From assembly GCA_016234205.1 (NCBI GenBank), contig JACRGN010000300.1, positions 1 through 57,607 on the forward strand: DNA of 57,607 nucleotides, in the 5' to 3' direction. The notes under the pieces were generated by a model. That model was not told where the DNA came from and made no database searches. It saw nothing but the letters and a program-made list of their open reading frames with translations. The first letter of the stretch is position 1, and every line of letters starts with the position of its first letter. The translations under genes and the position numbers were made by a program. This document shows positions 1-9,189 of the stretch, piece by piece. The stretch comes from Nitrospinota bacterium. Lineage in GTDB: Bacteria; Nitrospinota; Nitrospinia; UBA9942.

Positions 1-1227
<1,227 letters not shown>

Positions 1228-1372
1228 ACAAAAACTTAATGAAACCACAGATTACACAGATTTTCACAGATTTTAAAACCTTTAATTATTAGGAAACCAT
1301 GTATGTTATTTCATGGTTTCATGGCTTCCTAATTAATTATTAATTTGCGGTTGCTTTTATATTTTCCTATAC

Positions 1373-1723
1373 ATGAACGATTCCAAATCTGATAATAGAG
1401 ATATAAAAAAAGAGCTTGGTGAGACAAATAAAAAGAGGCTCAAGATACTCCTCCTTGTAAGTCTTTCATTTTTCATCTTTATAGTAACAGCGGCTATATT
1501 CAGAGACGATGGGGTAATTAAGGTATATCACTTGAATAAAAAAGTTGAATTATTAAAGAATAATATCTCAAAATTAAAAAAAGAAAATGAAAAACTTAAT
1601 TCAGAAGTGTATGCACTAAAAAATGATTCCTCTTATATTGAAAAGATTGCGAGGGAGGATTTAGGGCTTGTAAAACAGGATGAAGTTGTATTTGAGTTTG
1701 TAGAAAAAGATAACAAAAAGTGA
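1373..1723 (+). CDS. ftsB: Septum formation initiator (FtsB/DivIC-like)
   Basis: Single N-terminal TM helix, coiled coil, C-terminal IEKIAREDLGLVKQDE; sits directly after eno. Confidence 0.75.
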   Translation: MNDSKSDNRDIKKELGETNKKRLKILLLVSLSFFIFIVTAAIFRDDGVIKVYHLNKKVELLKNNISKLKKENEKLNSEVYALKNDSSYIEKIAREDLGLVKQDEVVFEFVEKDNKK

Positions 1724-1798
1724 ATTAAACAGGATATACAGGATAAAAAATCTTAACCATCGTGTTAATCCTGTCAAATTATAATTAGGGAGGAATTT

Positions 1799-2125
1799 AT
1801 GGCAGATAATGTATTACATTTTTCTGATGCGGATTTTGACGAGAAGGTTATAAAATCAGATAAGCCTACTATAGTTGACTTCTGGGCAGAGTGGTGTGCA
1901 CCCTGCCGTATGATTGCACCTGCAATTCAGGAGCTTGCAGATGAATATGCCGGCAAGGTAAATATAGGAAAGCTGAATGTAGATGAAAATCCTAAAACAG
2001 CTACCAAATATGGCATCCGCGGTATCCCGACACTGCTTATCATTAAAAACGGAAATGTAGTCCAGCAGATAGTCGGCGTAAAACCAAAAGCAGAGATAAA
2101 AAAGATTATTGACAGTGTAGCTTAA
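1799..2125 (+). CDS. trxA: Thioredoxin (active site WCAPC)
   Basis: 108 aa, FWAEWCAPCRM active site, GIRGIPTLL motif; GGGAGG RBS 7 nt upstream. Confidence 0.93.
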   Translation: MADNVLHFSDADFDEKVIKSDKPTIVDFWAEWCAPCRMIAPAIQELADEYAGKVNIGKLNVDENPKTATKYGIRGIPTLLIIKNGNVVQQIVGVKPKAEIKKIIDSVA

Positions 2126-2137
2126 AATACCCGTCAC

Positions 2138-2170
2138 CCCCGCACATAATTTATGTGCGGGGTTTGTTTT
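2138..2170 (+). terminator. Intrinsic terminator after trxA (CCCCGCACATAA palindrome + T-tract)
   Basis: ccccgcacataa-t-ttatgtgcgggg perfect 12-bp arms followed by tttgtttt. Confidence 0.75.
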
Positions 2171-2206
2171 CTTGCCAATTAATCCCTTCTATTATAAAAT
2201 GTTTTC

Positions 2207-2986
2207 ATGTCTAATCCTGCTCTACTCAAACAGATAGATACTAATAACCTGCCAAACCATATTGCCATAATCATGGATGGAAATGGCAGATGGGCAAAGA
2301 AGAGGTTTCTGCCGCGGATTGCAGGTCACAGAGCAGGGGTTAAAACTGTAGACAGGATTGTAACTATCTGCCGAAAAATCGGCATCAAGGCACTCACCCT
2401 CTATTCTTTCTCTGAAGAAAACTGGAGCAGGCCTAAAAATGAAATCAATGCCCTCATGGAGATTTTAAAAAGGTATCTGAAAAAAGAGTTGGACAGGATG
2501 CTGAAGGAGGATATAAGATTTAACACAATCGGCACTATAGACAATCTACCGTCATCAGCCCAGAAGATAATAGAGGATGCAAAGGAGAGGACAAAAAATA
2601 ATAAAGGAATGGTGCTGACACTTGCACTCAGTTACGGTTCAAGGAGCGAGATAGTTGATGCTGTAAAAGAGATAGCATCCGACATCGAAAAAAATAAAAT
2701 CTCTATTGAAGACATAACGCCCGGATTATTTCAGTCATATCTTTATACAAAAGACCTTCCCGAACCTGATTTGTTGATTAGAACAAGCGGGGAATTGAGG
2801 ATAAGTAATTTCCTCCTCTATCAGATAGCCTATGCAGAGCTTTATTTTACCGATCTCCTCTGGCCTGATTTTAAAGAGGATGATTTATTAAAGGCTGTCA
2901 TAGAGTTTCAGACGAGGGAGAGGAGATTTGGAATGACAGGGGAACAGATGAGACAGACAAGAATGTCTGTCCTACCGCTTTTATGA
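2207..2986 (+). CDS. uppS: Undecaprenyl diphosphate synthase (cis-prenyltransferase)
   Basis: HIAIIMDGNGRWA, ALTLYSFSEENWSRP, IRTSGELRISNFLLYQIAYAELYF motifs. Confidence 0.96.
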   Translation: MSNPALLKQIDTNNLPNHIAIIMDGNGRWAKKRFLPRIAGHRAGVKTVDRIVTICRKIGIKALTLYSFSEENWSRPKNEINALMEILKRYLKKELDRMLKEDIRFNTIGTIDNLPSSAQKIIEDAKERTKNNKGMVLTLALSYGSRSEIVDAVKEIASDIEKNKISIEDITPGLFQSYLYTKDLPEPDLLIRTSGELRISNFLLYQIAYAELYFTDLLWPDFKEDDLLKAVIEFQTRERRFGMTGEQMRQTRMSVLPLL

Positions 2987-3801
2987 CAAGAGTTATTAGC
3001 TCCATTGTGTCCTTACCAATACTCCTCGCCATAATATATTTTGGAACACCATTTCATTTCTTTTTACTATTAGAGTTTGCAATATTTATCGGTTTATATG
3101 AATTTTACAGGATGATTGAAAAAGGGGGGCTCGGATGCTATAAATGGGCAGGTATTATTCTTGGAATCCTTCTTTCTCTTGCTATCTTCAAAGGGACACA
3201 TATCAATCTTGTAATTGCATCATCCGTTATAATACTCTTTATCATAAGAATATTTGAAGGAAATAATCCCCCCACCCCCACCTTTAATAAAGGGGGGCAG
3301 GAGGGATTTTCTTATGTCTCAAATACTATTTTTGGAATAGTGTATGTCAGTTTCCTTATGAGCTATCTGGGTGTTATAAGGAATAGCGGAGATAATGGGA
3401 GAGAGTTAATCTTTTTTGTTTTACTTATCACATGGATGGGGGATACAACCGCATACTATGGCGGAAAGGGTTTTGGCAAACATAAATTAGCCCCCGCCAT
3501 AAGCCCTAATAAAACTGTAGAGGGTGCAATAGCAGGATTAATGGGCAGTATAGTTGGTGCAATAATTGCAAAATTATGGTTTCTTGATATAAGCATTTTA
3601 AATGCAATTGCTGCCGGAATCTTAATCGGTGTATTTGGACAGTTTGGCGATTTAAGCGAATCTATCATAAAAAGAAATCTGCAGGTAAAGGATTCTGGAG
3701 GTATAATCCCGGGGCACGGCGGGATACTTGACAGGGTTGACAGCCTCCTATTCTCAGCCCCTGTGTTTTATTATTATTATGCGTATATTATAATGCACTG
3801 A
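2983..3801 (+). CDS. cdsA: Phosphatidate cytidylyltransferase
   Basis: Multi-TM protein; C-terminal SPNKTVEG...GDLSESIIKR...IPGHGGILDRVDS signature; overlaps uppS stop. Confidence 0.9.
   Translation: MTRVISSIVSLPILLAIIYFGTPFHFFLLLEFAIFIGLYEFYRMIEKGGLGCYKWAGIILGILLSLAIFKGTHINLVIASSVIILFIIRIFEGNNPPTPTFNKGGQEGFSYVSNTIFGIVYVSFLMSYLGVIRNSGDNGRELIFFVLLITWMGDTTAYYGGKGFGKHKLAPAISPNKTVEGAIAGLMGSIVGAIIAKLWFLDISILNAIAAGILIGVFGQFGDLSESIIKRNLQVKDSGGIIPGHGGILDRVDSLLFSAPVFYYYYAYIIMH
3267..3307. repeat. Palindromic 'ccttta-a-taaagg' repeat unit lying in-frame inside cdsA
   Basis: tccccccacccccacctttaataaaggggggcaggaggga, translated NNPPTPTFNKGGQEG; same family occurs intergenically at 12925-12948 and 50001-50038. 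Confidence 0.7.
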
Positions 3802-3872
3802 AACATAAAAATTAATGAAACCACAGATTACACAGATTTTCAAAAAAAAAGAATTAGGGTATTAGTGAATTA

Positions 3873-5042
3873 ATGAAAAAAATTTCAATCCTCGGCTCAA
3901 CAGGTTCAATAGGGGTAAATGCACTTGATGTCATTAGCAGACACCCTGATAAATTTCAGATAGTGGCTCTTGCCGCCGGTGAAAATGACTCGCTCCTCCA
4001 ATCTCAAATTGATAGATTCAAGCCAAAAATAGCAGCCCTCTTTAATGAAAAAAGCTCAGATAAATTAAAGAAGACAATAAAAGATAAGAATGTAAAGATT
4101 GTATCAGGAGTTGACGGCGTAATTGAGGCGGCTACTATTAGAGAGGCAGACATGGTCATCTCTGCCATTGTAGGTGCGGCAGGGCTGATACCAACCATCT
4201 CGGCAATAAAGGCAAAAAAAGATATTGCCCTCGCAAACAAAGAGACCCTCGTCATGGCAGGCGAGATCGTAATGAGGGAGGCGGAAGGCAAATGCAGGAT
4301 TATACCTGTTGACAGTGAACACAGTGCAATATTTCAATCGCTCACAGGAGAAAAAAGAGAAAGCATAAGAAAATTGATACTCACTGCATCAGGTGGTCCA
4401 TTTAGGAATTACCCGGAGGAACAATTTAAGGATATTAAGCCCGAAGATGCCCTTAAACACCCCAACTGGCGGATGGGTCAAAAAATAACTATAGACTCAG
4501 CTACTTTAATGAATAAGGGCTTTGAGGTTATTGAGGCAAAGTGGCTATTCGGCATAGCAGATGAAAATATAGAGGTCTTAATACACCCGCAGAGTATAAT
4601 CCACTCCCTTGTAGAATTTATTGACGGCTCTGTCCTTGCCCAGCTCGGCATCCCTGACATGAGGATACCAATCTCTTATGCATTGAACTACCCTGACAGA
4701 TTGGAGAACACATTACCTTCCCTTAATCTGGCAGAAGTAAAAAACCTTTCCTTTGAAAAACCTGATACTGAAAAATTCCCATGTCTTAAACTTGCCTTTG
4801 AGTCATTAAAGAAAGGTGAGACTATGCCGGCGGTTTTAAATGCCTCAAATGAGGTGGCAGTCAATGCCTTTTTAAATAGTGAGATTTCTTTCAATGAAAT
4901 ACCTGAAATCATAAAACAAACTATGAATGCTCATAAGGTCAGCCATGCAAAAGAAATCTCTGATATTTTAAAGGCGGACAGATGGGCAAGAGAGTATGCA
5001 AAAACCGAAATTCAAAAGTCAAAAGAACAAAAACCTAATTAA
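3873..5042 (+). CDS. dxr: 1-deoxy-D-xylulose-5-phosphate reductoisomerase
   Basis: ILGSTGSIG N-terminus, LANKE, PVDSEHSAIFQ, HPNWRMGQKITIDSATLMNKG motifs. Confidence 0.97.
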   Translation: MKKISILGSTGSIGVNALDVISRHPDKFQIVALAAGENDSLLQSQIDRFKPKIAALFNEKSSDKLKKTIKDKNVKIVSGVDGVIEAATIREADMVISAIVGAAGLIPTISAIKAKKDIALANKETLVMAGEIVMREAEGKCRIIPVDSEHSAIFQSLTGEKRESIRKLILTASGGPFRNYPEEQFKDIKPEDALKHPNWRMGQKITIDSATLMNKGFEVIEAKWLFGIADENIEVLIHPQSIIHSLVEFIDGSVLAQLGIPDMRIPISYALNYPDRLENTLPSLNLAEVKNLSFEKPDTEKFPCLKLAFESLKKGETMPAVLNASNEVAVNAFLNSEISFNEIPEIIKQTMNAHKVSHAKEISDILKADRWAREYAKTEIQKSKEQKPN

Positions 5043-5212
5043 ACCACTGAGACACTGAGGCACTGAGAAAGACTCAAAAAATAAAGACACTGAAAGACAC
5101 AGATAAATTATGATTAACACAGAAATAAAGAACCACAAAAATCATAAATAATCTGTGTAAATCCGTGTCAAAAAAGATTGGTTTTTTTCTCTGTGTCTCC
5201 GTGCCTCTGTGG
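5043..5212. repeat. Imperfect long inverted 'cactgag/ctgtg' word-repeat element between dxr and pgpA
   Basis: Left arm ccactgagacactgaggcactgag, right arm ctctgtgtctccgtgcctctgtgg; inner cacag/ctgtg words. Confidence 0.7.
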
Positions 5213-5220
5213 TAAATTTT

Positions 5221-5236
5221 TATAATTCCCTTTTCA
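5221..5236 (+). promoter_or_regulatory. TATAAT box 10 nt before pgpA ATG, no SD (candidate near-leaderless promoter)
   Basis: ctgtggtaaattttTATAATtcccttttcaATG. Confidence 0.35.
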
Positions 5237-5794
5237 ATGACACATCTTATAAAATTCATAGCCACAGGGTTTTACAGCGGTTATTCTCCAGTAGCACCCG
5301 GGACAGCAGGGTCTGTCGTCGGTGTATTAATATACCTATTAGCTTTCAGCCTTCAGCTTTCGGCTTTCAGCTATTTTTTGCTCACTATATCAATAGTATT
5401 AATTGGTATCTGGGTTTCAGGAAAGGCTGAGGAGATATTTGCAAAAGAAGAGGATGACCTCCCCGCTTCCCATTGCAATGCTTCGCAACAATGGGAGCCC
5501 TGCCCCTCCTTACGAAGGAGGGGAAAGAGGGGTGGTAAAGACTCCCAGAAGATTGTAATAGATGAGATTGCAGGGATGCTTATATCCCTATTTATGCTGC
5601 CGCATGGGTTCTGGGTGGTGTTATCAGGTTTTATAATTTTCAGGATAATTGATATTTCAAAACCTTTTTATATATTGGAAAGACTGCCAAAAGGTTTCGG
5701 GGTGATGATGGACGATGTTGCGGCAGGCATTGCAACAAATCTGATATTACGCATCTTCCTGTTCTTAACTCAAATTATGCAATTTGTCTTTTAG
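5237..5794 (+). CDS. pgpA: Phosphatidylglycerophosphatase A, with ~30-aa internal insert
   Basis: N-terminal ATGFYSGYSPVAPGTAGS and KIVIDEIAGM motifs typical of PgpA. Confidence 0.78.
   Translation: MTHLIKFIATGFYSGYSPVAPGTAGSVVGVLIYLLAFSLQLSAFSYFLLTISIVLIGIWVSGKAEEIFAKEEDDLPASHCNASQQWEPCPSLRRRGKRGGKDSQKIVIDEIAGMLISLFMLPHGFWVVLSGFIIFRIIDISKPFYILERLPKGFGVMMDDVAAGIATNLILRIFLFLTQIMQFVF
5455..5540. repeat. Two short perfect palindromes in-frame inside pgpA
   Basis: tcccattg-N13-caatggga (5468-5496) and cccctcctt-acg-aaggagggg (5503-5523); translated ...LPASHCNASQQWEPCPSLRRRGKRGG... just before the conserved IVIDE motif. Confidence 0.6.
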
Positions 5795-5802
5795 AAAATA
5801 CA

Positions 5803-5831
5803 TTGACATTTGAATTGTCGTAAACTATATT
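5803..5831 (+). promoter_or_regulatory. Sigma70-type promoter for the lipoprotein gene
   Basis: TTGACA (5803-5808), 17-nt spacer, TATATT (5826-5831); GAAGGA RBS before ATG 5863. Confidence 0.5.
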
Positions 5832-5862
5832 GACTACCATAGATGCACAGAAGGATTAAAAA

Positions 5863-7605
5863 ATGAAAAAGATTTTAGGATTCTCTTCTGTAATACTACT
5901 ATTTGCAATAATCTCAATCGCAGGTGTATCCGGGTGCGGCTCAGAGTTAAATAGTAATAATACAGATAAAAAAATCAAAGTTACTATTCCATTTGATTTA
6001 TCCGAAAAATCCCTCCAGAAATCAAACCAAACAGGTAATCCAAATCAATTTTATGGTCCAGCCCCTTCCAATGTCCGTTCTATCCGGGTAGATGCAGTTT
6101 ATCGTGATGGCCGAAAGATTTCCAGCACCATAGATGTAGCAGGGGGGACTTATGTAGAAGCCAATATGGAAGTGGATGCAGGCGACTATGTATTTTTTAA
6201 CGCCTTTGCCTATGACGGAACTGGAGGCACAGGAAATCTGCTTTATTTAGGGGCATCCTCACCTCAGACACTCGTAATGGGGATGTCTTATGATATTCTT
6301 ATTCAAATGAGTGCCAATAATAATACACCGCCTGCAGTAAGCTCTGTAAGTCCTTCTAATGGGGCTACGGGTGTGCCGACCAGTAGTATCCTGACTGTTA
6401 TATTCTCAAAGCCAATGGACCCTTCAACCATTAGTTCCAGTAGTTCCTCCGCAATTACTTCAAGTCCTAGTATTAATTGCGGCGGCACAACAACATACAG
6501 TGGCACGACTGCAACATGCACACCATCACCTGCCCTCTCTCCCAACACTACCTATACAATTACTTTTACGACAGGGGTAAAGGACTTAGCAGGTAATGCA
6601 ATGGCAAGCAGTTACACATGGAGTTTTACAACAGGGGCAGACGGAGGGGGTGGAGGCGGAGGTGGAACATCACTGCCGTCAGCATTTAGTTTTAGTTTAC
6701 CATTAAATGGCTCACAAGGGGTTTCACTAACACCAACACTTTCATGGGCAGATTCTGTAGGAGAGACAAGTTACGCAATAGAAATTGCTACAGATCCCGG
6801 ATTTACAGCGATGGCACATAGTGCAACCGTAGGCACTGATATAATAAGCTATACAGTATCTACAGGTCTCTCTCCATCAATTACATACTACTGGAGGGTA
6901 AAGGCTATAAATTCATACGGGGCTACTACTGTATCAAATTCACCATTTACTTTTACAACTACCAGTGGAGGGGGAGGCGGAGGAGGTGGCGACACAACAC
7001 CGCCGACAGTAAGCTCTGTAAGTCCTGTTTCCGGAGCTACGAGTGTGCCTACGAGCAGTATTATTACAATAATATTCTCGGAGGCAATGACTTCTTCGAG
7101 CATTACCACAAGCACAATTATATTGAGTCCTAATCCCGGTTACTCTGTAAACTATAGCAGTGGAACTGCCACGATTACACCCACAACACTTAGTTCAAGC
7201 ACCACATACACTGTTACAATTAAGACAGGAGTAAAGGATTCTGCAGGAAATGCAATGACAAGTGATTATTCATGGAGCTTTACAACAGCAGGAGGTGGTG
7301 ACACCACACCACCTACGGTAAGTTCAGTATCTCCTGCTAGTGGGGCAACAGGTGTAACACCAAGTGGTATCATCACTATCATATTTTCAGAGGCGATGAC
7401 TTCTTCGAGCATTACCACAAGCACAATTACTGTAATTCCTGTCTTTGCTGGCTTTACTGTAAGCTACTCTGGAACAACTGCTACAGTTACACCAACATGG
7501 TCCGGCACCACCACTTACACAGTTACGGTTACGACAGGGGTAAAGGATGCTGCGGGGAATGCAATGACAAGCCCATATTCATGGAGTTTTACAACTTCGC
7601 CATAG
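5863..7605 (+). CDS. Lipoprotein with repeated bacterial Ig-like (SbsA-Ig/Big_5-type) domains and poly-Gly linkers
   Basis: Signal + lipobox (IAGVSGC); four SSVSPxxGATGVPTSS...FSxxM...GVKDxAGNAM...YSWSFTT modules; the last two share near-identical DNA (7076-7121 vs 7383-7428); two GGGGGGGG linkers. Confidence 0.75.
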   Translation: MKKILGFSSVILLFAIISIAGVSGCGSELNSNNTDKKIKVTIPFDLSEKSLQKSNQTGNPNQFYGPAPSNVRSIRVDAVYRDGRKISSTIDVAGGTYVEANMEVDAGDYVFFNAFAYDGTGGTGNLLYLGASSPQTLVMGMSYDILIQMSANNNTPPAVSSVSPSNGATGVPTSSILTVIFSKPMDPSTISSSSSSAITSSPSINCGGTTTYSGTTATCTPSPALSPNTTYTITFTTGVKDLAGNAMASSYTWSFTTGADGGGGGGGGTSLPSAFSFSLPLNGSQGVSLTPTLSWADSVGETSYAIEIATDPGFTAMAHSATVGTDIISYTVSTGLSPSITYYWRVKAINSYGATTVSNSPFTFTTTSGGGGGGGGDTTPPTVSSVSPVSGATSVPTSSIITIIFSEAMTSSSITTSTIILSPNPGYSVNYSSGTATITPTTLSSSTTYTVTIKTGVKDSAGNAMTSDYSWSFTTAGGGDTTPPTVSSVSPASGATGVTPSGIITIIFSEAMTSSSITTSTITVIPVFAGFTVSYSGTTATVTPTWSGTTTYTVTVTTGVKDAAGNAMTSPYSWSFTTSP

Positions 7606-7616
7606 GAAATATAAAT

Positions 7617-9179
7617 ATGAGTTATTTTTTTAAAAGATTAGTAATTCTAAAAAAACCGAGATTCCTCGCTCTGCTCGGAATGACAAAACCAGAGTTCCGA
7701 GGCGTAATCTGCGGATTAATCGGTTTTTTGTTCTTTGTTTTATATAACCCCGTTTACGCCGCAGAAATAGATTACTACACCGAAGGGATGAAGCAACTGC
7801 AGATGGAGAATTATGAGGAGGCTGAGCCTCTGCTTTTAAAGGCTCATAAAAAAGAACCTGCCAACCCAAATATCACTTATTATCTTGGAGTTCTTTATAA
7901 TGCGATGGAAAATTTCAATGATTCCTTAAAATTCTTTAAAGAGACTGTTAAAATTAATCCCAACCTGCTTGAAGTGAGATATTACTTGGCGCAGGTATTG
8001 ATGATGACAGGGGATTATGACGGTGCATTGGAACAGTTTGAAGAGGCTGATAAGGTAAAACATCTCAGTATGATTACCTATTACAAGGGGATGATTTACA
8101 ACCAAAAGGGGGATTACAAAAAGGCAATAGAGCTTATAAAGTCTGCAGGAGAAGAAGATAAAAATCTCCAGCCCATTGTCCAGTTTCAGATTGGAATAAT
8201 TAATTATAATAACGGAAATCTCAAAGAGGCAAAGGCATATTTCAGGAGCCTTATCAGCCTGCATCCTAAATCCGATGAGGCGGAATTTGCCCGTCAATAT
8301 ATTACTGCCATTGAACAGATTGAGAGCATGAAAAACTGGAAAATGACCTTTGGTTATTCTTACCAATACGATGATAATGTTGTCTTAAAACCAACTGATA
8401 CCTCAGCGGCAGAAAGCATCACAAACAAGTCGGACTGGGTATCTAATCTGAATTTCGGTTTTGATTATTCAAAGTCATTTATGAAAAATGGAAACATCGG
8501 ACTTGGTTATTCATTCTCACAGAGCCTCCACGCCCTATTTACTAATTATGATATTCAGAGTCATTCTATTAATATTCTGCCTGCATATAATTTTGGCAAT
8601 TTTAATACAACTCTGATGTATAGCTACGGTTATACATATCTCGATAGGTCGGGATATTTAAGGTCTAACACAGTCAGCCCGATTTTCTCATATATCAGCG
8701 GGTCACAAATGGCACAGATAAGTTTAAAATGGCAGGATAAAGATTATATTAAACCATCCGCAGGAGATGAAAACAGGGCAGGTGCAAATTATGATGCCGG
8801 TGCAGCCTACTTCCTATTTTTAAAAGAGGGAAAAGGTTATATCAATGTTAAATACAATTACGACCGTGATTATACAAATGGGAACAACTGGAAATATAAT
8901 GGCCATAAGGGAGCGGTATCCATACTCCTCCCTGTCAGCAATAGAATCAACTTCAGCTTATCAGGAGATGGATACAGACAGATTTATGATAATACTCATT
9001 CCACCTACAGCGTAAAGAGAGATGATACCATTTACAATGCAAACACACTCATCTCAATAAACCTGCTTAAGAATTTAAAAGGGGATATTACATACGCATA
9101 TACAAGGGCATTTTCCAATACTCCTGTTTATGATTATTCAAAAAATTCGGTAAGCGTTGGATTAAATTATGTTTGGTAG
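7617..9179 (+). CDS. Outer-membrane protein: N-terminal TPR domain + C-terminal beta-barrel (Slam/DUF560-like architecture)
   Basis: ATG 7617 (or 7680) precedes a signal-like hydrophobic stretch ending YAAE; TPR-like helices follow; alternating-hydrophobic strands run from WKMTFGYSYQYDDN to the C-terminal VGLNYVW aromatic end. Confidence 0.6.
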   Translation: MSYFFKRLVILKKPRFLALLGMTKPEFRGVICGLIGFLFFVLYNPVYAAEIDYYTEGMKQLQMENYEEAEPLLLKAHKKEPANPNITYYLGVLYNAMENFNDSLKFFKETVKINPNLLEVRYYLAQVLMMTGDYDGALEQFEEADKVKHLSMITYYKGMIYNQKGDYKKAIELIKSAGEEDKNLQPIVQFQIGIINYNNGNLKEAKAYFRSLISLHPKSDEAEFARQYITAIEQIESMKNWKMTFGYSYQYDDNVVLKPTDTSAAESITNKSDWVSNLNFGFDYSKSFMKNGNIGLGYSFSQSLHALFTNYDIQSHSINILPAYNFGNFNTTLMYSYGYTYLDRSGYLRSNTVSPIFSYISGSQMAQISLKWQDKDYIKPSAGDENRAGANYDAGAAYFLFLKEGKGYINVKYNYDRDYTNGNNWKYNGHKGAVSILLPVSNRINFSLSGDGYRQIYDNTHSTYSVKRDDTIYNANTLISINLLKNLKGDITYAYTRAFSNTPVYDYSKNSVSVGLNYVW

Positions 9180-9189
9180 AATATATTTT

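Noticed and set aside
1892-1906. Thioredoxin active site WCAPC instead of canonical WCGPC
   Set aside because: A Gly-to-Ala variant at this position is a known natural variant in thioredoxins. It is not enough on its own to suggest a novel function.
7497-7616. Long N-terminal extensions offered by the ORF track (7497, 10695, 14583, 22688, 23799, 44350, 48388, 48924, 54378, 17254)
   Set aside because: The extensions overlap the preceding gene or translate repeat DNA. Internal starts give proper signal peptides, RBS or family-typical N-termini, so shorter coordinates were used.
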